A stretch of DNA of 64,000 nucleotides from Acutalibacteraceae bacterium (GTDB lineage: Bacteria > Bacillota > Clostridia > Oscillospirales > Acutalibacteraceae). Shown here piece after piece: positions 43,288 to 54,788 of this stretch. The translations under genes and the position numbers were made by a program. The stretch is from positions 13,257-77,256 of the forward strand of contig JAZOQP010000037.1 of NCBI GenBank assembly GCA_045656145.1, written 5' to 3'. Within the stretch, counting starts at the first letter, position 1. Every line of letters begins with the position of its first letter. The notes under the pieces are model-generated. The model had not been told where the DNA came from and searched no databases. It saw only the letters and a program-made list of their open reading frames with translations.

Positions 43288-44436
43288 TTATTTCTCCATT
43301 ACAACTTTGTAAGCTATTTCAGCAAGTTTTTCTCTATCGGTTACCGATACTCCCGCACCCGAAAAAGTGTTCTGGCGGATATCTATTTCATCCTTATACA
43401 TAAACTGCGCCCAAACACAAGCTGCAAGATATTTTCCCTTCTCTGATAAATGGCTTACCTCGTCGGCATATAAGGATGTTCTTTTGCCATAATCATTGCT
43501 GAAATCTCCGCTCTCTTTGGCAATTTGGATAGCCTCGCCAACGGCAACTATCGGAACACCGCCTATGCGTTTTGCAGCCTCATTAAAGCACTCTTCAACC
43601 TTTGTGAACTGATCTCTTCCAATATTCTTTGCAGGATATGCTCCAAGATTTCTTCTCCAGCAAAGCGACCATGTTTGATGAATCATAAACTGAGCCTGAG
43701 GCTGATGCTTTTTAACGATTTCCCAAAGCGGCACCAACTTTTCATAGGTGCTGATATCATCCATTTTTACCGAATGTCCTTGGAAGGTTATGTAATCATA
43801 TTTATCCCCCTCCAACACCGATTTTGATGTTACGGACTCGGTTGTCATCTGATAACCGTTTTTATACACCTGAAAAACAGCCTCATCATTTTTATAGAAA
43901 TTATAATGCTCTTCCAAAGTGCAACCCGGATAATGAAGAACCGTGATTTCGAGATTTCCGCCAAAGTCCGCCACCATTTGAGAAACATATTGAGCCGAAT
44001 TGAGTGCAAAGCTATGGCCTATCATTAAAACCTTTTTAAGCTCTTTATTTTGTATCATTTTCTTCTCGTTAGTTACGCTATTATCAGGTTGGCTGGACTC
44101 ACTTGAAGTATCCGCAGGTTCACTTGGAGTGTCCGCAGGCTCACTTGGAGTGTCCGTAGGTTCACTTGGAGTATCTGCAGGTTCACTCGGAGTATCTGTA
44201 GACTCGCCGGGAGTCTTATCAGGCTCACTTGGAGTTTCTACCTGCTCATTCGGAGTATCCGTAGGCTCACTTGAAGCATTTGTAGAATTTTCTTCGGCAT
44301 TGTTTTCCTCATTAACATTAAGACCCTGCGAAGTTTCATTTTGCGGTGCAGTTTCTTGGCTTGTGCCACAACCAACTGCAACACCCATAACAAGACAAAC
44401 CGCAAGAAGCAATGAAATAATCTTTTTGAAATTCAT
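43288..44436 (-). CDS. Lipoprotein with (D/S)TPSEP(A/T) tandem-repeat linker and DUF4886/SGNH-like C-terminal domain
   Basis: Lipobox VAVG-CG. The linker is PTDTPNEQVETPSEPDKTPGESTDTPSEPADTPSEPTDTPSEPADTPSEPADTSSESS. The domain then starts VLMIGHSFALNS.... Confidence 0.65.
   Translation of the reverse strand: MNFKKIISLLLAVCLVMGVAVGCGTSQETAPQNETSQGLNVNEENNAEENSTNASSEPTDTPNEQVETPSEPDKTPGESTDTPSEPADTPSEPTDTPSEPADTPSEPADTSSESSQPDNSVTNEKKMIQNKELKKVLMIGHSFALNSAQYVSQMVADFGGNLEITVLHYPGCTLEEHYNFYKNDEAVFQVYKNGYQMTTESVTSKSVLEGDKYDYITFQGHSVKMDDISTYEKLVPLWEIVKKHQPQAQFMIHQTWSLCWRRNLGAYPAKNIGRDQFTKVEECFNEAAKRIGGVPIVAVGEAIQIAKESGDFSNDYGKRTSLYADEVSHLSEKGKYLAACVWAQFMYKDEIDIRQNTFSGAGVSVTDREKLAEIAYKVVMEK
44099..44277. 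repeat. ~8 tandem copies of a 21-bp unit (TCACTTGGAGTGTCCGCAGGC and variants) encoding the TPSEPAD linker
   Basis: Direct reading shows consecutive 21-nt units starting at 44099, 44120, 44141, 44162, 44183, 44204, 44225 and 44246, with increasing divergence. Confidence 0.85.
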
Positions 44437-44448
44437 AAATTTTCTCCT

Positions 44449-46854
44449 TTACTGCCTTACTGCATTTTGAGTAGACTCGGTTTTCAAAGTGTTTTCTCTC
44501 TTTTGTATTTTATGTGTTTTTATTCCCACAATAGCAGATTTTATTATATCATTAACCGTGCCTACGGGGACAAATTCGATATTCTCTCTACAAGCAGCAT
44601 CTATTTCATCGAGGTCAGGTTTATTATCCTCAGGGATAAACACCTTTTTAACCCCTCCTCTATATGCCGCCATACTCTTTTCTTTTAGTCCGCCTATTTT
44701 GAGCACTCGTCCACGAATGGTAACCTCGCCCGTCATAGCGATGTCGCGATGAACAGGAAGACCTGTTAGAGCCGAAACCAAGGCTACAACTATAGTAACA
44801 CCTGCGGATGGGCCATCTTTTGGAACGGCGGCTTCGGTGGCATGGATATGTATATCCTGTTTTGTATAGAATGAAGGAGAGATGCCAAATTCTTCGGCAT
44901 GGCAACGAACAAAGGTTACCGCCGCCTTAGCTGATTCCTGCATTACCTCTCCGAGAGAACCTGTTAAAACAAGCTTACCGCTACCCGAACACACAGCCAC
45001 TTCAAGCTGCATAATTTCTCCGCCAACGCGAGTCCAGGCAAGCCCGTTAACAACACCTATTTCATCCTCTTTTAAAATCTCTTCAGGGGAATAACGGTGT
45101 TTACCAAGCATTAATTCCAATGCTTTCGCATTAACGCTTATTTTTCCGCTCTCGCCCTCAACAATTTTCTTTGCACTCTTTCGGCATACCGCTGCAATTT
45201 CGCGTTCCAAACGTCTTACGCCTGATTCCCTTGTGTAATGGTCGATAAGGGAATAAATTGCAGAATCGGTAATATTGAAAATGTTTTTCTTGAGTCCGTG
45301 CATCTTCATCTGCTTGGAAACAAGATGGCGCTTGGCAATAGAGAATTTTTCTTCTCTTGTATAGCTTGAAAGTTCTATAACTTCCATTCTATCAAGCAAG
45401 GGCGCAGGAATAGTATCAACCGAGTTTGCGGTTGTTATAAAGAGAACCTTGCTTAAATCATAAGGCATATCCAAATAATGATCGGTAAAATTAGCGTTTT
45501 GCTCAGGGTCTAAAACCTCCAGCATAGCTGATGCTGGATCGCCCTTATAATCACTGCCCAATTTATCAATTTCATCAAGCAAGATTAATGGGTTAGACGA
45601 GCCCGATTGCTTTATCGCATTAATGATTTTGCCCGGCATTGCCGCAACATAGGTTCTTCTATGACCTCTTATTTCGGCTTCATCGCGAACTCCGCCCAAA
45701 GAAACCCTTTGAAAGCGCCTGCCCATACATTCGGCGATGGTTTTACCAATGCTTGTTTTACCAACACCGGGAGGCCCTACAAGGCAAATAATCTGACCCT
45801 TTATTTCGGGAGCCAAAAGATAAACCGATAACATTTCGAGAATTCTCGATTTTACCTTTTCCATACCAAAGAAGTCTCTATCAAGAATTTTCTTCGAAAG
45901 GGATATATCAATTTCATCCTTTGTATAGCAATTCCATGGAAGCTCAATGCAGGTATCAAGATATCCTCTGATAACTCCGCCATCATGCGAGCCTTGAGGA
46001 AGCTTAAATAATTTATTAAGCTCTTTATTTAGCTTCTCGCGAACCGATTCTTCACAGCAAAGTGATTTGATTTTTTCGCTATATTCGCTAAACTCATCCT
46101 CAGGAGAATCATCTCCATAAAGTTCAGAATTAATAGCCTTCATCTGCTCTTTTAAAAAATATTCGCGGTTATTATCGTCTATTTGCTCTCGCACTCTCTC
46201 GCCAAGTTCTCTATCAAGTTCTAAAACCTTGCGCTCCTTTTCAAGAAGAGCTATTAAAAGCACGGCGCGATTTTCTTCATTAAGTTCGGATAAAATATCT
46301 ATTTTATCGGTATAAGGACATCTTATATTATTAGCTATGTAATCGGTAATGTGTTCTAGGGTGTTGGCATTTGAATCGGCAACGGTTTTAATAATATCGG
46401 GCGCCATTTTAGGAATAAACTGACAATATGCGGCAAATTCCTCTTTAAGTCTTCTTATAAGCGCCTCGCGGTAAAACTCATCGCTTCCTCCTGCTTCGCG
46501 GCACTCTAAGGTTGAATAAACCCAAAGGTCTTTTTCTTCGCTTAGGTTTTCGCCCATTAAAACGGCCCTATATTTTGATTCAACAACTACCTTCACAGCA
46601 CCATCAGGCATTTTTAACATTTGGCTTATAAACGCCACGCAACCAACCGGTGCTAATCCGCTTTTTTCGGGATATGCATCCGCCATATCGGTTTGGGTTA
46701 TTAAAAACACATATCTATCCGAATCAAGAGCCGTTTTTAATGCGTTTAACGACTCTTTTCTGCCAACATCAAAGCCCGCTATTGTATCAGGGAAAGGAAC
46801 TATACCCCTTAAAACTATTGTTGGCAAAACCTTTTGCCTTAAATTATCTAACAT
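44449..46854 (-). CDS. lon: ATP-dependent Lon protease (LonA)
   Basis: N-terminal LON domain, AAA+ Walker A GPPGVGKTS, and protease active site PKDGPSAGVT. GGAGGA RBS. Confidence 0.97.
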   Translation of the reverse strand: MLDNLRQKVLPTIVLRGIVPFPDTIAGFDVGRKESLNALKTALDSDRYVFLITQTDMADAYPEKSGLAPVGCVAFISQMLKMPDGAVKVVVESKYRAVLMGENLSEEKDLWVYSTLECREAGGSDEFYREALIRRLKEEFAAYCQFIPKMAPDIIKTVADSNANTLEHITDYIANNIRCPYTDKIDILSELNEENRAVLLIALLEKERKVLELDRELGERVREQIDDNNREYFLKEQMKAINSELYGDDSPEDEFSEYSEKIKSLCCEESVREKLNKELNKLFKLPQGSHDGGVIRGYLDTCIELPWNCYTKDEIDISLSKKILDRDFFGMEKVKSRILEMLSVYLLAPEIKGQIICLVGPPGVGKTSIGKTIAECMGRRFQRVSLGGVRDEAEIRGHRRTYVAAMPGKIINAIKQSGSSNPLILLDEIDKLGSDYKGDPASAMLEVLDPEQNANFTDHYLDMPYDLSKVLFITTANSVDTIPAPLLDRMEVIELSSYTREEKFSIAKRHLVSKQMKMHGLKKNIFNITDSAIYSLIDHYTRESGVRRLEREIAAVCRKSAKKIVEGESGKISVNAKALELMLGKHRYSPEEILKEDEIGVVNGLAWTRVGGEIMQLEVAVCSGSGKLVLTGSLGEVMQESAKAAVTFVRCHAEEFGISPSFYTKQDIHIHATEAAVPKDGPSAGVTIVVALVSALTGLPVHRDIAMTGEVTIRGRVLKIGGLKEKSMAAYRGGVKKVFIPEDNKPDLDEIDAACRENIEFVPVGTVNDIIKSAIVGIKTHKIQKRENTLKTESTQNAVRQ

Positions 46855-46869
46855 TTTTTCCTCCGGAAA

Positions 46870-48582
46870 CTATCTTTTAAACTGTAAATTATAAAGTGAA
46901 GCGTATTCCCCATTTTGATTTATTAATTCATCATGGGTGCCGCTTTCAACAATTTTTCCATTTTCAACAACAGCTATACTATCGGCATTTTTAATGGTTG
47001 AAAGCCTATGCGCCACAACTATTGTTGTTCTGCCGAGGCAAAGCTCATCAAGAGCCTTTTGAATATATATTTCGGTTACATTATCAAGCGCGCTGGTTGC
47101 CTCATCAAGAATGAGTATTGGTGGATTTTTAAGAAACACCCTTGCAATGCTGAGCCTTTGCTTTTGACCACCCGAAAGCTTAACGCCTCTTTCTCCGATT
47201 ACCGTTTCATAACCCTCAGGAAGAGTCATAATATAATCATGGATATTAGCTCTTTTAGCCGCCGAGATAACCTCTTCATCGGTAGCTTCGGGTCTTCCAT
47301 AAAGAATATTCTCTTTAATGCTTGAATTAAAAAGATAAATATCTTGCTGAACTATACCAATATTTTTTCTTAAAGATGGAATGGAAATATCCGAAATATT
47401 AGTTCCATCTATTAAAATTTCGCCATCACTCACAGGATAAAAGCGCGGAATTAAATGGCAAACGGTGGTTTTTCCGCCACCCGAAGAGCCAACAAGCGCA
47501 AACTTTTTACCCTTTTCTATTTTTAAGGAGAAATCTTTTAAAACTTTATTTTCGCCATCATAACTGCTCCAAACATTACGGAACTCTATCTCGCCCGAAA
47601 TATCGTATTTATCTATGGCTGTTTCCTTATCCTTTTCGGGCTCTGCATCCATAATTTCAATAAACCTTTCAAAGCCCGTAACGCCATCCTGGAACTGCTC
47701 CATAAAGTTAATAAGGGTTGTAACGGGATTTAAAAACACACCAACAGATACAATAAATGCCGAATAATCGCCAAAACTAATTTGATTATGATAGAGGAAA
47801 ATGCCGCCGAAAATAAGAACAATAACATTGAAAACATCGGTTATAAAGGTTGTAAAGGAATGGAATCTACCCATAAGGTTATAGGCATCCTTCCTGGCAT
47901 TTAAAAATTCAACATTACCCTTTTCAAATTTTTCTTCCTCGGTTTTAGAATTGGTAAAAGCCTTGGTAACCCTGATTCCGCTGATACTGCTTTCAAGCGC
48001 AGCATTGATTTCGGCAAGCGACTGCCTGCTCTTTTTAAATGCATCCTTCATTTTAAGGCGCATTTTCGCCGCCATTATTGCCATTACGGGAATGCAAAGG
48101 AATATTATAAGGGCAAGCTTCCAATTTATTGTTGCTAAATAAATAAAAGAAGTAATAATCGAAATTGATGAAATTATTATATTTTCGGGTCCGTGATGCG
48201 CAAGCTCGCTAACCATCATCAAATCATTGGTCATTCGCGCCATTATCTTACCTGTTTCGTTGTTATCATAAAACTTATAAGGAAGAGTTTGAAGATGATT
48301 AAACATATCACTTCTCATCTGAGCTTGCATTCGGCTTCCCATTATATGTCCTTGATACTGAATGAAATACATAAGCAACATTCTGATAAAATAAATGGTT
48401 AGCAATAAAACGCCTGAGAAAACAATAAGATTATAGCGGCGGTCGGGAATGAAAACATTCAGCATATTTCTTGTTATAATCGGATAAATAATACCTATAA
48501 CCGAAATTGCAAGTGAAGCCGCCATATCAAGCGCAAATATTTTTTTATGAGGCTTATAATATTTTAAAAATCTTTTTAACAT
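46870..48582 (-). CDS. ABC exporter, fused permease/ATPase (MsbA/multidrug-type)
   Basis: Six-TM N-terminal domain, then GSSGGGKTT, LSGGQKQRLSIAR and ILILDEATSALD. Confidence 0.9.
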   Translation of the reverse strand: MLKRFLKYYKPHKKIFALDMAASLAISVIGIIYPIITRNMLNVFIPDRRYNLIVFSGVLLLTIYFIRMLLMYFIQYQGHIMGSRMQAQMRSDMFNHLQTLPYKFYDNNETGKIMARMTNDLMMVSELAHHGPENIIISSISIITSFIYLATINWKLALIIFLCIPVMAIMAAKMRLKMKDAFKKSRQSLAEINAALESSISGIRVTKAFTNSKTEEEKFEKGNVEFLNARKDAYNLMGRFHSFTTFITDVFNVIVLIFGGIFLYHNQISFGDYSAFIVSVGVFLNPVTTLINFMEQFQDGVTGFERFIEIMDAEPEKDKETAIDKYDISGEIEFRNVWSSYDGENKVLKDFSLKIEKGKKFALVGSSGGGKTTVCHLIPRFYPVSDGEILIDGTNISDISIPSLRKNIGIVQQDIYLFNSSIKENILYGRPEATDEEVISAAKRANIHDYIMTLPEGYETVIGERGVKLSGGQKQRLSIARVFLKNPPILILDEATSALDNVTEIYIQKALDELCLGRTTIVVAHRLSTIKNADSIAVVENGKIVESGTHDELINQNGEYASLYNLQFKR

Positions 48583-48586
48583 ATCT

Positions 48587-49147
48587 TTACCAAATAGCAG
48601 TATCTATCATACAAACGGCTATAAGCTGGTCATCTGTAATATAGAATCTGATTTCTCTAGAATCCTTTTTAAAAACTAATTTTTCGGTTGACTCCATCAT
48701 AAATGGCATAATGGTCATATCGGTAGAATCAACCTTCTCTTCGATAAACTCGGTTCCGCTAAAGGTGGATTTTATTTCATCGGGTGTAACAAAACTATTG
48801 CACTGAAATCCGAAAGCCTCCTTAATGCTTAACACCGCGGCAATACCGCTGCTTTTCTTTGATGAATTATAATAAGCAAATGCAGTTTGATTTAAAAAGT
48901 ATGGATGCTCTCCTGCCTCAACAAATGAGTAACCGGGCACCTCTTCATCCTGATGAGAATGCTCTTCTTTAACCTCAACGGTATCCACCGCTTGACCTAC
49001 TGCAATATCCATTTCAGGAATTTTGCCGCTATCTATCGCCTCAATTAAAACCGAATTATCCTTTGTTTCGGTCCCCTGCTCCTTGCCGCAAGCGGCAAAA
49101 CAAAACGCCAAAGCAACACATAAAAGTAAAGCAACTATTTTTTTCAT
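48587..49147 (-). CDS. Lipoprotein of unknown function
   Basis: Lipobox CFAA-CG. No recognisable motif. It is tightly packed between pncB (2-nt gap) and the ABC exporter (4-nt gap). Confidence 0.6.
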   Translation of the reverse strand: MKKIVALLLCVALAFCFAACGKEQGTETKDNSVLIEAIDSGKIPEMDIAVGQAVDTVEVKEEHSHQDEEVPGYSFVEAGEHPYFLNQTAFAYYNSSKKSSGIAAVLSIKEAFGFQCNSFVTPDEIKSTFSGTEFIEEKVDSTDMTIMPFMMESTEKLVFKKDSREIRFYITDDQLIAVCMIDTAIW

Positions 49148-49148
49148 T

Positions 49149-50603
49149 TTATTTTCCTTTCACAGAATGTTTATTAAGCAATTCGTTTCTCTGATTCCAA
49201 AGGTCCTCGGATAAATCAACATAGTAGGTATGCGGTTTTTCAAAACGCTTAACCTCATCCCAAAGGGTTTCAACCTGCTCGGCTCTATATTTTGAAATAT
49301 CGCGAACGCTCGGAGAAACATATACCTGTTTACCATTTTCAAATAACTTAACCTGCAATTTTTTAGCGGTAAAGTTTTCAACCACTTTGCGCTTCCAGGT
49401 ATGTACGGGGTCGAAAATCTCATAAGGCTTGGTATCATCGATTTTCTCGTGATTTAAGGTTATAACATCGGCTATTGCCTTGCCCGATTCGTTATCATAA
49501 AGTCGCCAAGGAATTTTAACGCCCGGAATTGTTATTTTAGCAATATTCTCACTGATTTTGATTCTTGGAGTTGTAACCCCATCCTTTTCAACTGCGGCAA
49601 GCTTATAAACACCGCCGAAAACCGATTCGGGCGAAGCAGTTATAAGTCTTTCGCCTACGCCGAAGGAATCAACCTGAGCCCCCTGCATAAGCATATCTCT
49701 GATTAAATATTCATCGAGTGAGTTCGAAACGCAAATCTTACAATCGGGATAACCTGCATCATCAAGCATTTTGCGAACTCTTTTTGTAAGATAAGTGATA
49801 TCTCCGCTATCAATTCTGATGCCAACAGGGCGTTTACCCATTGGAGCCAAGACCTCATCAAAAACCTTTATTGCATTAGGTATACCCGATTTTAAAACAT
49901 TATAGGTATCAACAAGCAAAACACAGCTATCGGGATAACGCTCGGCATAATTCTTAAATGCGGTATATTCATCCTCAAAAAGTTGTATCCAACTGTGAGC
50001 CATTGTGCCTGATGCCGAAACGCCGAAATCCTTTGCCGATTTAATGCAAGAGGTACCAACGCAACCGCCGATAACCGCGGCACGAGCGCCATAAACTGCA
50101 GCATCATAGCTATGCGCTCTGCGGGCGCCGAATTCCATAACCGCTCTGCCCTGAGCCGCGGTGGCAATTCGATTGGCCTTGGTTGCAATTAATGATTGAT
50201 GGTTAATTGTGAGTAACACCATTGTTTCAACCATAAATGCCTGAATTGCAGGACCCTTAACGGTAACTATTGGCTCATTTGGGAAGATGGGTGTTCCCTC
50301 GGGAATAGCCCACACATCACAAGTAAAGCGGAAGTTTTCCAAATAATCTATAAACTCATCCGAAAAAAGATTTAAAGATTTTAAATAAGCAATATCCTCG
50401 CTATCAAAATAAAGCTCATTAAAATATTCAATAAGCTGTTCAATGCCCGCCATAATAGCAAAACCGCCATTATCGGGAACGCGGCGAAAGAACATATCAA
50501 AATAGGTAATGGTATCCCTCATATCGCTGTTTAAAATACCATTAGCCATCGTCATTTCGTAAAGGTCCATTATCATGGTTAAATCTTTAAGGTCTTTGGT
50601 CAT
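49149..50603 (-). CDS. pncB: Nicotinate phosphoribosyltransferase
   Basis: 484 aa with LYEMTMANG..., FGARRAHS, GTSCIKSA..GTMAHSWIQ, and SGD...SN.LDE blocks typical of the NAPRTase family. Confidence 0.9.
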   Translation of the reverse strand: MTKDLKDLTMIMDLYEMTMANGILNSDMRDTITYFDMFFRRVPDNGGFAIMAGIEQLIEYFNELYFDSEDIAYLKSLNLFSDEFIDYLENFRFTCDVWAIPEGTPIFPNEPIVTVKGPAIQAFMVETMVLLTINHQSLIATKANRIATAAQGRAVMEFGARRAHSYDAAVYGARAAVIGGCVGTSCIKSAKDFGVSASGTMAHSWIQLFEDEYTAFKNYAERYPDSCVLLVDTYNVLKSGIPNAIKVFDEVLAPMGKRPVGIRIDSGDITYLTKRVRKMLDDAGYPDCKICVSNSLDEYLIRDMLMQGAQVDSFGVGERLITASPESVFGGVYKLAAVEKDGVTTPRIKISENIAKITIPGVKIPWRLYDNESGKAIADVITLNHEKIDDTKPYEIFDPVHTWKRKVVENFTAKKLQVKLFENGKQVYVSPSVRDISKYRAEQVETLWDEVKRFEKPHTYYVDLSEDLWNQRNELLNKHSVKGK

Positions 50604-50683
50604 TTAATACACTTCCCTAAAAAAATATATACTTACTTATATAATAATATAAAATAAAGATAAAGTCAAACAAAACACAATAA

Positions 50684-50719
50684 AAAACACCCGAAGAAAA
50701 TAAATTCTTCGGGTGTTTT
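50684..50719 (-). terminator. Terminator after groEL
   Basis: AAAACACCCGAAGAA-aataaa-TTCTTCGGGTGTTTT plus T6 on the minus strand. Confidence 0.85.
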
Positions 50720-50733
50720 AGTAAATTTAAGAA

Positions 50734-52374
<1,641 letters not shown>

Positions 52375-52381
52375 TCACTAA

Positions 52382-52666
52382 TTATTCTACAATAGCCAAA
52401 ATATCTGACTGACGAACAATGCTGAATTCTTCGCCATCAAGCTTTACTTCATTGCCTGCATATTTGCCAACAATTACTCGGTCGCCAACCTTTACATACA
52501 TCTTAACCTCGTTGCCATCAACGATACCACCGGGGCCCACTGCTACGACCTCAGCTATCTGAGGCTTTTCCTGAGCCGCAGCCGCAAGAATAATGCCGCT
52601 TTTGGTTGTTTCAGCAGCTTCTACCACCTTTGTTACAACTCTATCGGCTAAAGGTTTTATAGTCAT
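52382..52666 (-). CDS. groS: Co-chaperonin GroES
   Basis: MTIKPLADRVV....TKSGIILA..AQEKPQ.AEVVAVGPG. AGGAGG RBS before ATG 52664-52666. The upstream extension in the track is spurious. Confidence 0.97.
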   Translation of the reverse strand: MTIKPLADRVVTKVVEAAETTKSGIILAAAAQEKPQIAEVVAVGPGGIVDGNEVKMYVKVGDRVIVGKYAGNEVKLDGEEFSIVRQSDILAIVE

Positions 52667-52701
52667 AATAATACCTCCTAAATAAATATCATTTAATATA
52701 T

Positions 52702-52729
52702 ATTCTATCCAAATTTTAGTAAAAATCAA
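52702..52729 (-). promoter_or_regulatory. Putative groES-groEL promoter
   Basis: Minus strand TTGATT (52724-52729), 16 nt, TAGAAT (52702-52707). Confidence 0.35.
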
Positions 52730-52755
52730 GTATCTTTACCCAAATTTTTTATTTA

Positions 52756-53658
52756 TTAACAATTAGTTTCCACACCTGTTGGTACAACAAAGTTAAGCGC
52801 CTTTTTCACAACTTCAAATTTAATCTTTTTTCTATGTATCAGTTCGCCATCTAAATTAATCGGCATATCGATAGAACTCTCAATTTCCATTTCGGTGCAT
52901 CTGCCCATTTCGCAAATGTCAAGCCCCTCGTGATTACCATTTTCATAAACCTTAACAAGCCCCGGTATTCTCAGCTTTGAAACAGGTTTTATTATAACAT
53001 AATCGAGGGTTTCATCAAAGGGTGAAGCCTTTGGCGCCGCCTTAAAGCCGCCTCCATAAATTCCACCATTAGCGCAAACCGCAAAAAGATAATCCTTTTC
53101 AGGCGTTTTTTGGCCATCGATAGTAATACCGAGTTTAAGACCGATTTTCCCTAAAAATGTTTTAATAAGCGAAAGCTTATAAGCCATATTTCCGTTTATA
53201 AAAGGAATTCCTTTAAACGCCCTCATACCATCAGCAACAATGGCATCCATACCAACCGAGCAACAATTTATGCAGTAAAACTCATTGGCTTTAATAAGGT
53301 CGATTTTTCTTGCTTCGCCCTTTATTTGAGCCGCTATATCAAAGAACTTTTCTTTAGAAGTGAAGTTCTTTAAAAAATCGTTTGCGCTGCCGCAGGGAAC
53401 AACACCGAATTCGACATTATCATACCCTACAATGCCATTAACAACCTCAAAGCAGGTTCCTTCTCCACCGCAAGCAAAGAATCGGGTTTTCTCCCCCGTT
53501 TTTGCTATTTTTTCGGCAATTTCGGTGGCTTCTCCGCTTTTTTTAGTTATATAAATCTCATAATCCGCGCCATTTTCAAAATATTTCTTTATATCCCCTA
53601 TTATCTTTTCGCCGTTTCCCTTACCTGCAATGGGGTTAATTATAAAAACATATTTCAT
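52756..53658 (-). CDS. Diacylglycerol/lipid kinase family protein (YegS/BmrU/DagK-like)
   Basis: MKYVFIINPIAGKG... and ACGGEGT catalytic-domain motifs. The ATG at 53656-53658 lies 8 nt after GAGGG. Confidence 0.85.
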   Translation of the reverse strand: MKYVFIINPIAGKGNGEKIIGDIKKYFENGADYEIYITKKSGEATEIAEKIAKTGEKTRFFACGGEGTCFEVVNGIVGYDNVEFGVVPCGSANDFLKNFTSKEKFFDIAAQIKGEARKIDLIKANEFYCINCCSVGMDAIVADGMRAFKGIPFINGNMAYKLSLIKTFLGKIGLKLGITIDGQKTPEKDYLFAVCANGGIYGGGFKAAPKASPFDETLDYVIIKPVSKLRIPGLVKVYENGNHEGLDICEMGRCTEMEIESSIDMPINLDGELIHRKKIKFEVVKKALNFVVPTGVETNC

Positions 53659-53672
53659 TCCCATTTCCCTCT

Positions 53673-54788
53673 CTATTTAAAATACATAAATAGTTGGCAT
53701 TTTATCATTCCATTATATAATTTTCTACGCCTGTCGGCCTGTCTGCCAAACAAAATTTCGAACTCATCGTGAGGGCTTATAACATAATATTTTTTGCCGT
53801 CTTCCTTCTTAAAAACATTACCCATGGTTTTATAAATTTCTTCGGCGGCTTTTATATCAAGTAGTCTTTCACCATAGGGTGGGTTAGTAATTGTAAGTGT
53901 TCTGCCTTCGGGCAAAACAAAATCCTTAATATCTCGAACACTTGCCTTAACATACTTCTCAACGCCGATTTTCTTGGCATTGCTAAGGGTTAATTCAACA
54001 CAATTTTTATCAATATCGAAGCCCTGCGCCTCAAAATCTATATTGTGGCGAATAGCATCCATAGCCGCCATTCTCTCTTCTCGCCACACCTTATCGGGTA
54101 TAAGCGGGAACTTTTCCGCCGCAAAAAAACGGTTTAATCCCGGCGCTATATGAGCCGCATGCATAGCCGCTTCAATAAGAATTGTTCCCGAGCCGCAAAA
54201 GGGGTCAAACAGTTTTGTATCGGGATAAATTCTTGCGGTATCGCACATTGCTGCTGCCAAGGTTTCTTTAAGCGGCGCATCATTTGAAACTCGGCGGTAA
54301 CCTCTTTTATGAAGACCCTCGCCCGAAGTATCTATCATTAAGGTTACTTTATCCTTCATAATCGAAAAACGAATTTTATATTCGGCGCCCGTTTCTTTAA
54401 ACCAAGAAATGTTATACTTTGTTTTAAGCCTCTCAACTATCGCCTTTTTTATAATTGCCTGACAGTCAGGAATGCTGAAAAGTTGAGAATTAAGGCTATG
54501 CCCATTCACAGGAAAAGCATCATCACGGCCAATAAAATCCTCAAAAGGAAGCGCCTTTGTGCCTTCAAAAAGTTCGGTAAAGGTTGTGGCACGAAATTCG
54601 CCCATATTTATTAGTATGCGCTCGGCATACCTTGTATTAATATTAACCTTTGCAAGTGTGTTAAAGTCGCCCGAAAAAAGCACTCTGCCATTTTCTGCCG
54701 CAACATTTTCAACACCCATTCTTTTAAGTTCATCCGCTAAAATGCCCTCTATTCCAAAAAGGCAAGGGGCAACAAAATTAAGTTTCAT
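53673..54788 (-). CDS. THUMP-domain class I SAM-dependent RNA methyltransferase (RlmL/YpsC-like)
   Basis: N-terminal THUMP-like region, SAM motif I DPFCGSGTILIEAA and motif IV TNPPYGERL. Confidence 0.85.
   Translation of the reverse strand: MKLNFVAPCLFGIEGILADELKRMGVENVAAENGRVLFSGDFNTLAKVNINTRYAERILINMGEFRATTFTELFEGTKALPFEDFIGRDDAFPVNGHSLNSQLFSIPDCQAIIKKAIVERLKTKYNISWFKETGAEYKIRFSIMKDKVTLMIDTSGEGLHKRGYRRVSNDAPLKETLAAAMCDTARIYPDTKLFDPFCGSGTILIEAAMHAAHIAPGLNRFFAAEKFPLIPDKVWREERMAAMDAIRHNIDFEAQGFDIDKNCVELTLSNAKKIGVEKYVKASVRDIKDFVLPEGRTLTITNPPYGERLLDIKAAEEIYKTMGNVFKKEDGKKYYVISPHDEFEILFGRQADRRRKLYNGMIKCQLFMYFK

Noticed and set aside
52667-52755. Expected CIRCE operator (TTAGCACTC-N9-GAGTGCTAA) upstream of groES.
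   Set aside because: No match or near-match is visible in the 89-nt intergenic region, only a sigma-A-like promoter. The absence is noted, but a negative by-eye search is weak evidence. An operator could lie further upstream or be divergent.
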